A DNA stretch of 62,795 nucleotides, the filler included, from Choristocarpus tenellus KU-1152 (lineage: Eukaryota > Protista > Phaeophyceae), in the NCBI GenBank assembly GCA_964200185.2. It is 15 parts of 15 records of this genome, joined end to end, with 100 filler letters (N's around TTAATTAATTAA, not from the genome) between each part and the next. Parts side by side here need not be neighbours in the genome. Positions count along the whole stretch, not along the records: positions 37,881 to 43,540 come from CAXNAD020010099.1; positions 43,641 to 51,191 come from CAXNAD020005978.1; positions 51,292 to 56,059 come from CAXNAD020013133.1; 12 more parts are not named here. One strand, given 5' to 3'. Below, piece by piece: positions 38,905 through 52,000 of the stretch (positions are counted from its first letter, which is position 1; every line of letters begins with the position of its first letter). A program made the translations under genes and the position numbers. The notes under the pieces were generated by a model. It was not told the origin of the DNA, searched no databases, and saw only the letters and a program-made list of their open reading frames with translations.

Positions 38905-38985
38905 GACCCAAATTACCTTAGAGGGTAGAGTAGCGTCCTTTTGGGGGCCAAAATCCAATGTTGCGATTTTGATGTAATTTTGCCC
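38905..38985. mobile_element. MITE family B, diverged partial copy
   Basis: CAAATTACCTTAGAGGGTAGAG..GTCCTTTTGGGGGCCAAAATCCAATGTTGCGATTTTGATGTAATTTTG matches 5928-6015. Confidence 0.75.
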
Positions 38986-40869
38986 TGTAATGTCCCAGTC
39001 GTCTTGGATGACAATCGGAGCCATTTGCTCTCTAATTGTCCTTTCTCCAGGACAGGAGTGCTTGGTGCCACTTGCCATGTGTTTTTATGTGTTGGCGAGG
39101 TTTCTCGTTTCTCATTTCAGTTTCTATAGTTTGTACGTTGTAAATTTAGGGTTATTATTTGACATGATTGAGTGATCTACTGTCTATGAAGGCAACCATG
39201 ATAATCTGTAATATATGGACACTTTACTTTACAACACTAATTTGTTTCTCGTGTCTTTTCTGGTGTATACTATTCACTTCTTGCTAGCTTTTTCCACGGG
39301 TGATGACCAGCGAGGGGTTGCTCAGCTCATGTCTGATGCTGTCATGTCGAATGCTGCGTGCAACCAACACATCCAGAAATGTCATTGAAGCAGCGACAGA
39401 CTTTCATGCAGAGGGCAGGAGGCTTCGCAAGGGGTACTTGTTCATGAATAGTGCTGTCGATACACTACAGACACCACCGGTGGATTAGATAATAGGATGG
39501 AGAGCCAGTGATAGATACGCCGTATGTGTTGACTCACTAGTGCCCATTGATTTGTGTCATGTTCAAGATGCACTTTCTATACTGAAGACGAGTGAATAAG
39601 TGATTCATAGTAAATTAGTGTAGACGATCGCAAACCCCACACTATAGGAATAGTAATGGCTTCTACACTTGTCTCATCCCACAAGTTCAGTCACTGGAAT
39701 CGAGACCACAAGCCTCTTGTATCATTCGTATTGTATATCTACACCAAGCCATTTATTGTCCTCTATCAAGGCACACAGCTGCAAGCCCAGTGTGGAATAT
39801 TTCAACAGTACTTACGTTCCATATGGGTAACTTTTTTGCATGAAATATATTCCGCATCACCCGTGCGTGTACTAACTTTCAATGAGGAGTTTCTCGGGCG
39901 TTATATTGAGGCTCAATGCCATGTCGTCAACAAGTTGTCAGTGTCACACCAACAACAACCCTTGATGTTGTGGTACCCAGGGGATGTTTTTGCGTGTTTC
40001 AACTCAACCTCATAGCTGTTGCAGCAGTCAAGTGCTGCAATGCTACTGTCGCTCTGGTTCCAGGAGACTTCCCCAGTATCAAGCACCTTGTCCTGGGAAC
40101 TGCGCCTTTTCCTGGACAACACACTCATCCACACATTTGGCAGACATGGACCGACACAATGCCTCTGGTGGACATGGCCCAGACATGGTAAAATGTGTTG
40201 ACCCAGTCCGGCCAGCAGACATGGACTGATTCAATTACATATTAATAGCGGACATAAATGGTTCAAGACATGTCATATATTGTGGGACTGTATCCGGGCT
40301 GGGGATGGGACTGCTCGCATTTGCCAGACCAGTGTAGGGTGCTGATCGAAAGTTAGTCAGGAGAAGGTGATGCCCGCACTCTTTGGGAAAAACAAGTATA
40401 ATTTGAAGAAAAATTAGGAATACCAGAAAAAAGGACAAGAGAGGAGAAACAAATTGGTGTATTGTATCTACAAAGAAGAGTAACGAAGAGAACCTTGTGT
40501 GACACACTAACACCCATAAAAAGTTAGTCGTACCAACAAAGAATGAACACGAGGAATATCAACCCCCAAAAATATTTATATTGAAAAATCAGCATACAGT
40601 GACGGTTGTGGTGGTGCTGGTAATGGTGGTGAACCAAAAGCATCAAGATCCATGTTGGTCCTCCATACATTCGGAAGAGGAAACAACACATCAAGACACA
40701 ACAATTAATGAAAATGAAAAACAAGAGGAGAAAACACATTGAAAAGATCGCATTAATAAACTTGCAAATTTGCTTTGCTCACGAATTCTGGATTATTATT
40801 ATTGTTATTATTTTATTCTATCTTTGCATTCCTCCCTATTCCCATTTCTCCCCACATTCTAACAACCCT

Positions 40870-41350
40870 TGTGGCCAACCAGTGCGACCTCTTTGCCACT
40901 GATTTCCAGCCACTGTCCAACTCTGATGACCAACCAGGGTGAACCCCCCTTCGCCCCTGATTTCCAGTCATCCCCCACATCTGATGACCAACCAGGGCGA
41001 ACCCCCTTCGCCACTGATTTTTCGTCACCCCTCACAGCCATTGATCAGCCAGTGCTGCCCCTTCGCCAATGATTTCAAGTCATCGCCCCTATCCGATGAC
41101 CAACCAGTGCGACCCCTTTCGCCACTGATTTCTGGTCTCTACCACCCCATTCAACCCTATTCAACCCCACTCAACCCCACTCAACCCTACACCAGTTACC
41201 ACTCCCCTCAACCCCACCCCAGTTACCACTCCACTCAACCCCACACCAGTTACCCCTTCACTCAACCGCACGCCAGTTACCACTCCACCACACTATTGGA
41301 CACCACCCAACACCATACCACTCAACACCACTCAACACCACTCCACAGTC
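40870..41350. repeat. Compound minisatellite: ~58-bp units followed by ~27-bp C/A-rich units
   Basis: GATGACCAACCAG..GAACCCCCTTCGCC.CTGATTT occurs about 5 times (40870-41135), then CCACTCAACCCCACACCAGTTACCA about 4 times. Confidence 0.85.
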
Positions 41351-42879
41351 ATCCAAGAACTCCCCTTCATCGTCCCCTTCATACCGCGCCTTTGATCTAG
41401 AAGACATCTACCCCGCCTGAACTTGACCTCCCCTCCCACCCTAAGATCCAAGTCGGTCGTGAGCAAGCGACAGGGTGGGTGGGCGGGAAAGCTTGCTCGG
41501 GGATCCTCTTGATCTAGCCCTCGTCTTGTCACCCCAGGCTCAGGTTTCCTCTTCGATTCAATACTGTTCATTCCTTCTCCCCTTCTGCCTCTGTCTGCCT
41601 CCTATTTTCTTAATCACACAATATTTAACTCTTCCTTCCCTCCTTGATAATTGTATTTTCTTCCTATCCCCTTCCTTGCCTTGTGCCCCCAACCATCAGG
41701 AATTCTTCCGCCCACAAAACTCTGATTACTTCATAAACTCTCCCTTTTTTACTTTAGTATTGCAGTAACTTTCCAAGGGATTTTGCCTGGCGAGAGAACA
41801 ATTGTTCGTCTTGGGTGTGCACCAATTCAAGTTGTGGACTTTGGAAGCATGGTTGCCAACATGGGTACTGCACTGATGCAATGAATATGCCTCCCAAACA
41901 TTTAACAGCTGTACCCCACTTCCTATGACATGAGTCCTACATATACACTCATGGATGTTTCAATATTGAACAAGACCTGGTAGAGCATATCTTCTCTGTT
42001 GATACAAATTCCAAGTTGATTGAAAGCAGGATAGTACTCAGTGTTGGTTTGGAGAAATTAAGATCATGTGTTCAGTGAGTATCACATCGTCACTAACATT
42101 TTTTCTTTTAATCAAATTAGTGCTGTTTTAATTTTTTCACCATATTGAAGACATCTAGTGCTACAGCCTAGTAGTTCTTCTACTCTCAGGAGGAAATATA
42201 TCCCACTCAGATGTATTACTGTCGGTCCAAAATATCGTTATTTCTGAACTGTGACGGGCTTCCCTGTTTGATTTGTGCATTTCTGATGCAGTGTACTGAT
42301 TTTGTATGGTTCGATGGTTAGGAATATTAGGAGGGGGGAGAAAGATAGTCTGCTTGGGCAACCAGTCGATCCTATCAAGAGTATGCTCTGCAAGACTCAA
42401 GAGTAAAGCCGATCAGTAAACACTTAGCTTTAGAGAGAGAAAAGTCGATTCCAAAACGACAGGTGTGGAGACAGAGAAGAAGCAGTAGCATGATGCACAA
42501 AGATACTGCTGCACACAAAGGTTGAACCAAAATGAGAATGGAAGGTTCTATTGTACTTCCGAAGAATGTGAAATGAATCGGCTCTTCCCGATGAAAGAAT
42601 ACAAGTCAGAGTACAGCATATGCTTGTTTGTAATATTGGGTTCTATGTGCAGGGCAAAATTCCTGTATAACACTCATAAAAGAATATTTAACAACATAGA
42701 GTGCCAGATATCCAGCCCATGTATGCACCTTACATTATGCTGCCATGAGCAGGGTGATCAAAGCAGCGGCAAACACTGCCCTGAAGGGGAGTGCAGGAGC
42801 AGCATCAGAGAGAGAAAAAGAGACAAACATGCTTCTCAGAACACTGGTATGAAGACTGATACTAGTGTATTGTTGAATA

Positions 42880-43139
42880 GAGTGAAAGTATTTTAGAGGG
42901 TACGAGTTTCACCCTGTTTGTCCGTTTGGGGCTTGACTTCCCATATATATTTTTTATGACATTTTCATACTCGAAAATATTTCGGAGTAGGTAAAATATA
43001 TACGCTATGAAAAGTTGTGTCTGGAACAAGGATACTGACACTTCCTACCAAACACGATAGCAAAAATTACATCAAAATCGCAAAATTGGATTGTGGCCCC
43101 CAAATGGACGCAGCTCTACCCCCTAAGTTACTTTGACTC
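42880..43139. mobile_element. MITE family B, complete 260-bp copy
   Basis: TIRs GAGTGAAAGTATTTTAGAGGGTA / TACCCCCTAAGTTACTTTGACTC with perfect 4-bp TSD AATA. Confidence 0.9.
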
Positions 43140-44050
43140 AATAGGTGCACAAAAGACTGACCAATAACAGATGTTGTGTACATGCGCGCAAAATCCAAGA
43201 ATCACAACACTATTCGGACTTAAGCATGTACTTTTAAAGCTGTAGCAGATATCCCCTCCTCATTGGCTACTGTTCCAGTGTCCATAATGAACAGCGTAAG
43301 ATCTATTATTTTAGGAGTGGGTAGCCACACCCTTTAGAGTATAAGAACTCCACTAGTGAACAACTTGGCCTGTGCCCAAAGAAAGTAGGGAGACTTTCCA
43401 TTTACTTCTTAACAATTGATCCTTGTCCTTCACTAATTGACGTGACTGCAGCAGAGGAGACAATTTCCAGATTACTGAACAGTGTTCTGCACTGCACTTT
43501 TTGGAGTCCATGGCCTGAAGTATCTGGGGGGGGAGGGGGGNNNNNNNNNNNNNNNNNNNNNNNNNNNNNNNNNNNNNNNNNNNNTTAATTAATTAANNNN
43601 NNNNNNNNNNNNNNNNNNNNNNNNNNNNNNNNNNNNNNNNAAAAAAAAAAAAAAAAAAAATGTGTCTTTTTTTTTTAAATAAAGGGAAAATTGGGGAGGA
43701 CGGGGTTGGTTTGGTGGGGGGGGGGGGGGGGGGAAAGGCGCGCCTGTAAGAAAGCACAGCAGAGGCGCTGGTTCGGGTTTGTCAGCCCACTCGAAATTGT
43801 CAGTTCCGTGACCATTACGTGTACGGTGAGGGTACCATAACGTCAACCCACCACTTGTGGACCCTCACAAGACTTCAGAAGACACGAAATAGTTCTCCCC
43901 CCCAAATCTCGTCCTCCAGTAGTCTAAAATGGGGCAATGAGGAGCACAACAAGTAAGGGGACGGGAGATACGGAGAGATGGAATTCTCACATCCTCTCTT
44001 CAAGCACGCTCCAGTCCCCCATATCCCCTTCGTTTCAATCCCAGGCCCCT

Positions 44051-47000
44051 TCAATTGTTATCCTCACCGATAGGGGCTGGTGGCCCAAACATATCAATGA
44101 CAGCCCTCTCCCAGGCGCCCATGGCCCCTTCTGACACAGAGTTACCCGATATATAATCTGCCAGTCGGAAGCCCTCTGGTGTGGTCTTCATGATTGCGTC
44201 AAAGGAGTCCGATCCTGCAGGTACTACCAGCGCTCGCTCAGGATTTGTCTCGCAGACACGCCTTCCACTAACCTGAAATAGGTGCTGGGAATGCACATCA
44301 TTGAAAAGAGTGGGTTTGGTTTTGACGTTGTGGCAGTGAGTTCTTATGCTGTGGAAGTCGTGGAGAGATGTTGGTGCAGAGAGGCAACAATGTCAGAGGA
44401 GAGGTCAGAGAAACGTTACATCTAGTGTGCTGTGCTTTCCTAGTCTATTTATCAAGGAGATACATGCCCCTCCCAAACACTCCCCCCCTTGTAGATAGAC
44501 AGACGCACGTCTGAGAGAGGTTGGGTATTTTTGGTTGTAAACTAGACGAGGACCGTGTGTGCTTCAACAGTATCCGCCTATAAATGAGTCCAAAGAAGGC
44601 CAAAATATACCTATGCTACAGGGATTGAGTGTTCTTGACTGCAGCAGTGGCGAACCGCCTCACAGGAAGCACATACTGATCTGGAGCAAAAAAAGGATTG
44701 ACGCATACTGCGCACATTGCGTCCATGTGCCTCCCCAAATTCCTCACCTTGTTCAGGGTTAGCCTAAATATGTCCCTGAGGTGCTTCTCCTTGCTAGAAC
44801 AGAACAGTAGGGAGGCCCCATTGACATGCGCGATGAACCTAAGCGCCTGGGCCAGCGTACGCCTCCTCCCACTCTCCTGATTCTGCTCGGGATATTTCAC
44901 AATTCCAATGAAGTTGAAAGATTATTTTGGGGAAAGGCGTTGGCTACTGTGGGTGGGTTTCACTGTCCAGAACCACTTCTTCTTTAACATTACAATCTAA
45001 ATGCTTCCTGAGTGAAAGTATCTTAGAGGGTACGAGTTTTGCCCTCTTTGTCCATTTGGGGCTTGGCTTCCACCGAGTTTTTTTATGACATTTACCTACT
45101 TTGAAATGTTTTAGAGTAGGTAAAATGTGTATGTTATGCAAAGGTGTGTCCAGAACAAGGATATTGACACTTCCTAGCGAACATGATATCAAAACTACAA
45201 CACTGGATTTTGGCCCCCAAACGGATGCGGCTCTACCCTCTAAGATACTTTGACTCTGCTGGTGATGTCAATGGGATATTCTGGGGGCTGTATAGGAGAG
45301 ATTGTTGTAGGGACTATTTCCCCTACAGAACTTTGTTGGTGGTTGCACTAACCTCAGAGAGGCTGTAGCTAGGTTAAATTGTTCAAAGGGACAAGAATAT
45401 AGAAAATAGTCAACGTAACCAAAGGGTGTAGTAAATGTCTGGCAGAAAATGCTATCATAATATGGCCATCCTATCTTAGAGGGGGGTCAGTTTAGGCTTT
45501 CTGAATATTAAGGACTTTTCAACCTTCTCCCTGATATCCAATTCTCTTGTCTAAAATGTATCTAATCGCTTTGAGGAGGCTGTGACTGTAGAAGAGAACA
45601 GGAACATTCGTCCACATGAGCAGAGTGTAATATTGCCCTCCAGAGTGCTAGGAGAACACATACCAGAAAGCAGTCACAGGGACCCCAAACACTCAACAAC
45701 ACCCCTGTCCAAGATTCATGAATCTTAATATCAGCTTACGTACCTTGAAAATGTCGAATTTGTTGGCCACTACCACCAGTGGGACTGGACAGGGCTTCAC
45801 CATCCTCAGATCAGCATGTTCTCTGCCAAATTTGGCGTATGTCTTGCGCTTGAGGGCATCCGCAAAGGAAGGATCTTTCTTGCTCAGCTCACGCACACAC
45901 ACCTTGACGCAGGCCTGGTGGTAGATTCCCTCAGAGTCAGGGAGCTTTGGGGGTTGGTGTACACATGATAAGAACCTGCCCTGGCAGCCACTTCTTCATT
46001 GGGTACCTTGATATGACGAGGACGACATACCATGCCAGGTGTGTTCAATGTGGGGGAGATTTTTGGGGTTGAAGTTGCATATGCGGTTTCGATATTCTTG
46101 CTGGTCAACGCACGACAAATATACTTACACCAAATAATCCTAAATATACCACTCTCGAGTCTTCTCATTGCCAAAATATTATTCAGTGTTCTCAAGTTGC
46201 TCTCCCCAATCTCCTCTCCAAATATACCTTGATTTGGTTTGTCCAGTGAAGGAGATGGGGTATGACGCTGCTTGGCTTGGACAAGTCGAGGACAATAACA
46301 TAGAGCGCACTTCGAAACCTCGTTGAAGTAAGGGGTACTTTTACAAGGTCGCTCACGTGTGATCCACCGCCAAGCTCCCATATGTGTGCCACATCCTTAT
46401 TTTAGTATTCAGTTCAAAGATTTGATGTGCAAAAATTCAGAAAAGTTCTCGAACAATTATTATGTGATTGTGTTCACTTACGACGAGCATGGTTGAGGAT
46501 AGGTACTGATCTTGTGAACTCGATCTGGAAAGTCACAGTTTAGGACCTTAAAAATATAAGGGGGGGGTGGACTAGAGGGACGTTATGCTGGCCCAAGGCA
46601 ACCATAGAACCAGTCTCGAGGTATGGATGGATACAAGTCCCTTCTACATTTTTTTCCGATGACTTTGATATTTTGGAGCATTTGAGGACTTACATCACGC
46701 TCCCTGACTACTGCTCACCAATCCCGTTTTCTATGTCCACTAACTGACTTTGAAACGATATTCCCTCACCTTTGGTGCATTGGTCGCTGTTGCCCGTCTT
46801 GCGAACATGTACTCCAACGCCACGGTGGGTTTTGGTGTCTCGTCCTTGTTGGGATTGAGATACGTGTTCAGCAACGATGACTTTCCTGCTCCTGGCATGC
46901 CCACACACAACACATATGACTCCAAAGAGTTAACCTGAGTTACATCGCATCCGTCCTGCTCCAATGTTGCACCCTCACCACCTTCTTGGCCATCCTTGGA

Positions 47001-47141
47001 ATCCTCCCTCCCAGGTCCTCCTTTACTCCTGTCCTCCCGCAGCGATCCCTGTCCATACGCCTCGCGTGTGAGGCGAGACCAAATATCCTCAGGGAAATCC
47101 TCGCGCCCAATTCCATTCCCTCCCCAATGGGACATGGTCAT
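44051..47141 (-). CDS. DYNC2LI1: Cytoplasmic dynein-2 light intermediate chain (D1bLIC); C-terminus possibly incomplete
   Basis: Phase-0 exons at 46770-47141, 46228-46395, 45744-45914, 44748-44882 and 44068(44051)-44284. Motifs: P-loop GMPGAGKS, KPTVALEYMFARR, KDVAHIWELGGG, IVLDLSKP, PVPLVVVANKFDIF, LRFIAHVNGASL, PAGSDSF. Confidence 0.93.
45010..45256. mobile_element. MITE family B, complete 247-bp copy in D1bLIC intron 3
   Basis: 23-bp TIRs with one mismatch (GAGTGAAAGTATCTTAGAGGGTA / TACCCTCTAAGATACTTTGACTC); flanks TCCT/TGCT. Confidence 0.9.
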
Positions 47142-47472
47142 CCGTGCTGGACCTAGTGCTTGAGGGTGACTAGTGGTATCCACTATCTAACTCTACGCTT
47201 GTATTTCAGACGTTACACCGTTACACATTTTATCCATATCCAAATAAAGAAATCTCTTAGGGCAAACCAACTCCTAATTTTTGCAATCTTGGGGGCACTC
47301 GCACCTTCGCTCCTGGGAGAGAACGCCTGGTATATCCTCTAATGGTTTTCAGTCCAGTAGGACACATTTGTTGTTCGCATCAGACACTGTGATAAAGGCC
47401 TAGGAGGACATTTTGGAACCTTACTCGTTCCACAATATTTCATTTGTATCGACTAGGGATCTAGAGTGTAGG
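47142..47472. promoter_or_regulatory. Putative bidirectional promoter plus 5' UTRs
   Basis: 331 bp separate the divergent predicted ATGs. The call is inferred from geometry only. Confidence 0.5.
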
Positions 47473-49073
47473 ATGATGGCTGCTGTAGACTCTAGAGCTC
47501 GGGAAAAAATGGACGGAGTCACCCGGTCCAATACCAAGGAGAGGCTAACTAACATACTGGAAAGTTTCCAAGCGTTCGATACGGACATGAAGATAGGCAC
47601 CAGACAGAGGCGAGAGAAGGACGAGCACCGAATAGCGGAACTCACCAACGAACTCTCACGCTTGGAGAAGGTTCTGGGTCAGGAGATCAAGAAAAGGGTC
47701 GAAATGAACAAAAGCGTACAAACGGTGAGGTATCCTCGAGTGTTTCTTTGCTTCACAATTTCTTCTCAACTAAACACGATCGTGTACATCGACGATTTAT
47801 GTGTCGAAGGGCAAATATTGCCCTGCAGCATATCCATAGCCCCCGTCTTGTTCCAGCTGTTGGAGCTACGATACATTTTCCAAGTGAATTTTGCAATGCA
47901 TTGAAATATTTTAGATCAAATTGTTATGCCAATCGAGTCCTCTAGGGGACAGGCAGAAATGTTTATAACACTCTCTTGCCTTCCACACCGTCGCCCCCCG
48001 ACACTTTTTTTCTACAACCCCATTCTCGGAGTAGTGGGCCGAAGACGAGATTGAACAATTGCACGAGCAGCTACGATTGACAATCCAAGAGCGAAGCGAT
48101 ACAATCAGCACACGGCTGGAAAGAATCGCCACCAAGATTGATGCACTGGAAGAGAAGTTTGATGAGGAGATGGAAAAAATTCCCGTGGATATCAAGCGGC
48201 GGGGTGAGGAGCTCACGAAGATGCTTGTAAGATGTCGAGTATAGACTGAGCTCTCGAGCCATATGTGCATGATGGAAGAGAGGCCAATGCGCCACTTTGG
48301 CCTCAGATAGCAAAACGTTGACAATGTAGGTTCAATTCCTACTCTTTCTTCTCATACTTGTAATATGATTTAACCAAGTGCATTCCGTATTTCCCATTCC
48401 ACTTCAACAGTGTAACTAAAATAAGTGAGAGGTTGTGCTAGCTGGAGCGGAAACCTCGCACTCACCCTCACTAATATCTCAATGCTGTTTGTAACAGACC
48501 TGCAGATTGCACGTGAATGTGCCTTGGTTTCTCACTAGTTTTGCACAGTCTTTTAGAAAGCTACATCAGATCTCCACTTCACAGCCTGTAACAATATTTT
48601 GACTCCCTCTCAAATTTTACTTGTGAAAGATAGCCAAAATAAGCAATCATTAAGGAAAAAAACTTCAACATCGACACATTTCGAATCACTGCAACTCAGC
48701 ATTAAGTTATTGAGTGGTGTAGTGAGGTGCTTATTTCTATGCAACATTGAGAGGGAGTTCAGACAGCACTACTAGAAGCTCGGGCATCGAAGACTTTCAA
48801 TATCACATGAGTACAAAGAAAGACATAGAGGAAAGAAGTTAACAGGTACGAAATTGCCACTTTACTCCCCAGAATAAAAAATATATGATTACTATTTTCC
48901 ATTAGGATCAAATCTAAGAAGTATCGCACAATTCCTGTTCCTCTTCATTGCAGTCGGACTTTGAAGCCAAGTTTGAGGAGGAGCGCTTATCACGGCTAGA
49001 GCGAGAGGGCGGAATCCAAAAGCAGCTTGCAGATCATGAGCAAGATGTAGCAGGAGACTTTGATGTTGAGCGG
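47473..49073 (+). CDS. SF-assemblin / beta-giardin family striated-fibre protein, 5' exons
   Basis: Phase-0 exons at 47473-47724, 48035-48226 and 48954-49073. Coiled coil with family-type motifs: TKERL..FQAFDTDMKIGTRQRREKDEHRI, LEKVLGQEIKKRVEMNKSVQ, FEEERLSRLEREGGIQKQL. The 3' exons were not found. Confidence 0.87.
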
Positions 49074-52000
49074 GTGAGGAGAAGTACTTACTGTGGCACC
49101 TTGGCATTCATAGTATGCTTTGACAACTCACACAAGGATGGCAACCATATCTGCAGATTTCAACAACGCAACGCCATCACCCAATAGGATTGCTTAACCA
49201 CAAGTTCAACTTGCTCGATCAAGAGTAGAGACTGTAAACCTGTGAGCCCCAACCAACCAGTAAGAGACACAGTTCATACACGAAGGTATCTACATTATTT
49301 ACTACTATAGAACTCGCTATTGATGTGATTTGATTCTAAACCACCTCAGACAATAGACATCAATCTACCTCACCCCCTCACTCCCTACCTATTGCTTTTA
49401 TCACAGGGGAAGTTTCCCCCACCTATTCACTATACAGTCTGAGTCAAGGAGCACAGCCCAGTCAAACAATATTTTGATGCCACTGAAACATCAGGGCAGG
49501 CAGTTTTGCATTGTGCAGTGAGCGGAATTTCAATATTCGACACGCCCGACTATTGAAGCAGTAGTGTGGAAGAAGAAGAGTTTGTGTTGGTCTTTGATTT
49601 TGTCATCCCATACAAATGCAGAACCCACATCTATGTGGTCTATGCAATTCAACCCCTTTTTTATGTTATGAACTGAATTTGTGTACCAACCCTGAATTGC
49701 CAAGAGACAAATGAGAATAATAATCAGATGCCCCTAAAATATCCACCTTAAAAGGATTGACAATATATGATTGGAGACACTTCGCTACAAGCAGCTTGTT
49801 GGCACCCCAGTCCCCCTTCCCCCCCTTGCTATAACTGAAAGCAAGCAGTAGATGCTCAAGAAATCATTTGAGTAAAATTGTACAAGCAAGGTAGAGCCAT
49901 ACACAATGTAGGCAAGCCAAAATGCATCCACACCAAGCAGCTCGTCTATGCTGCCATTGCTATTTCCAATCTGCTTGTGTTGAGTTATCATGGAAACCTG
50001 CCTTAAGGAAACCCTTGGTTACAAGTCAGACAAGGGTGGGGGAGCAGTAAGTGAGGGATTACAGAGTATAGTACAACCTATGGCCTACCCAATACAAATC
50101 TGTGATACAGGCACGTTGCTATGTATAGGTTCTTGACTATCAATGTAACAACATCACTAGATATGATGCCGCAGATGGTCTGTAACTGTCGTCGGACGCT
50201 AAAATAAGAAAGAACACAAGTCAATCACCAACAAGAGTGAATACATGAAATATGAAACAATAAAATATAATAAAAAATAAAGAAACGATACAATCCCATC
50301 GACCAGACCATGTTTAGCAAAACAAAATAGTTAGAAGTTTCTTGGAAAAAAAAAAGGGTGCGTGCATGATATTACTGAGCCCGACTGCCTGCCTGCACTG
50401 GACAATGAAATTCCAGGAGTTGCCCAACAATCACTGGTGAAGAGAACAGACACCAAGATGCTATTGACTGTCTAAAACCACTTTGTAGTAAGAAGACAAA
50501 GGTGTCGATGGTAGAGGACATTGCTTGACACGGTACTTACACGACATGCTACTACTGCCATCAGCCCAGGACGGTTGTAGCAAATGGTTACATAATGTTA
50601 CAGTTACGGCACCTTAAAGACGTTTTCAAAGAAAAAAAATGTCTCTAAGTGCACAATGTTCCGAACTCTTAACTGTTGAGAATCGCCTGAAAAAAAAAGA
50701 TTTTACAGAAGACAGATTCATAGTGAAATTATAATTTTTTTTGTGGGACACATAACGTAATATACTATTGTAGTAAAATAGTACAATTTGTGAACACCAC
50801 CAGTGAATGTCAACACGATCTTACTGTATGGAGTGGGCTTCAGTTTTGTTATAGAACAGTATGTGATGCCTATATATATATATATAAAGAGATAAAAACC
50901 ACACCATGGAAGGCATGTTCCTCTCACGGCAGCAACATCGGAGTACGTAAGGTGGCGATGTAGTGGAAGGCCGATCACCATCCTCTAGATTACGTTCTAA
51001 TTGAAATGCTCCTTCACAGGCCCTTGCAATATATACCTGACTGCTCGACCGTTTCCAAGTTATCTGCATGACAAACCACTGCAGTTGGGTCTTTGTGAGG
51101 GGGTATTGAGAGAGAGAGAGAGAGAGGGGGGGGGGGGGCTTGCACATGCTTGTTTGAAGGTCTCCTTTTGTTTTTTGTTTTTTTCACTCTTNNNNNNNNN
51201 NNNNNNNNNNNNNNNNNNNNNNNNNNNNNNNNNNNTTAATTAATTAANNNNNNNNNNNNNNNNNNNNNNNNNNNNNNNNNNNNNNNNNNNNGATTTTGAC
51301 CCCCAAATGGAAGTGGCTATAACCTCTAAAAAACTAAGAAAAAAAAAAAAAAAGAACATCAATCTTCCCATGCACACTAACTCTGCATATTCACATTTTG
51401 AAGGTATGGCATTGTTCTATGTTACATCTTAAGAGCTGTGCACAACCTGTAGTTTTGCGGGGACTCAGGAGGGACCAACAGGGTCAAAACAGTTTGTTAT
51501 TTTGCTTGGCGGCACAATGGAACTGTCGGCGCTAGTAAACTGTCTCTCAAAGATCCCACCCAGCTCATTTTACACGAGGAATGCAATGATCACCATTACC
51601 GCCACCATCGGGCAAATGCATTCCGCTAATAATATTGGGAACAGTTCTGTATTATTGTTTCTAGCCATCGCCATAGCATGTCGCTTGGTTTCTTCTTATT
51701 CACCCCAAGCAACTATCTATAAAACATGATGGGGTCAGGGAAGACACCATACACCATAAAAAAAAGAGGAGCCCAGTGATGGCCCCTCCGGAGAAAGGGT
51801 CAGTAAACAGCGTCCTGTTGCCTGGAACCTATGGAGGAGGGAAAGGAGTTCTTTTGGTGGTTGGATTCGATATTGTAACAAAACAAAAAAATCTAGAGTT
51901 ATCTAGTTATGGTACAGGAGGTAGAGGTGACGTCAGGGTGGGATGGAAAAAAATCTTTGCTGCACACAAAAAAAAACAAGAATCGGTTGGACAATGAGCA

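Noticed and set aside
40939-41400. 153-aa Pro/His/Thr repeat ORF
   Set aside because: It is the translation of a minisatellite, with no splice or domain support.
33121-49073. Apparent dynein/dynactin gene cluster (DCTN1 + D1bLIC + SF-assemblin)
   Set aside because: DCTN1 is two linkers away on a different contig. Only D1bLIC and SF-assemblin are physically linked.
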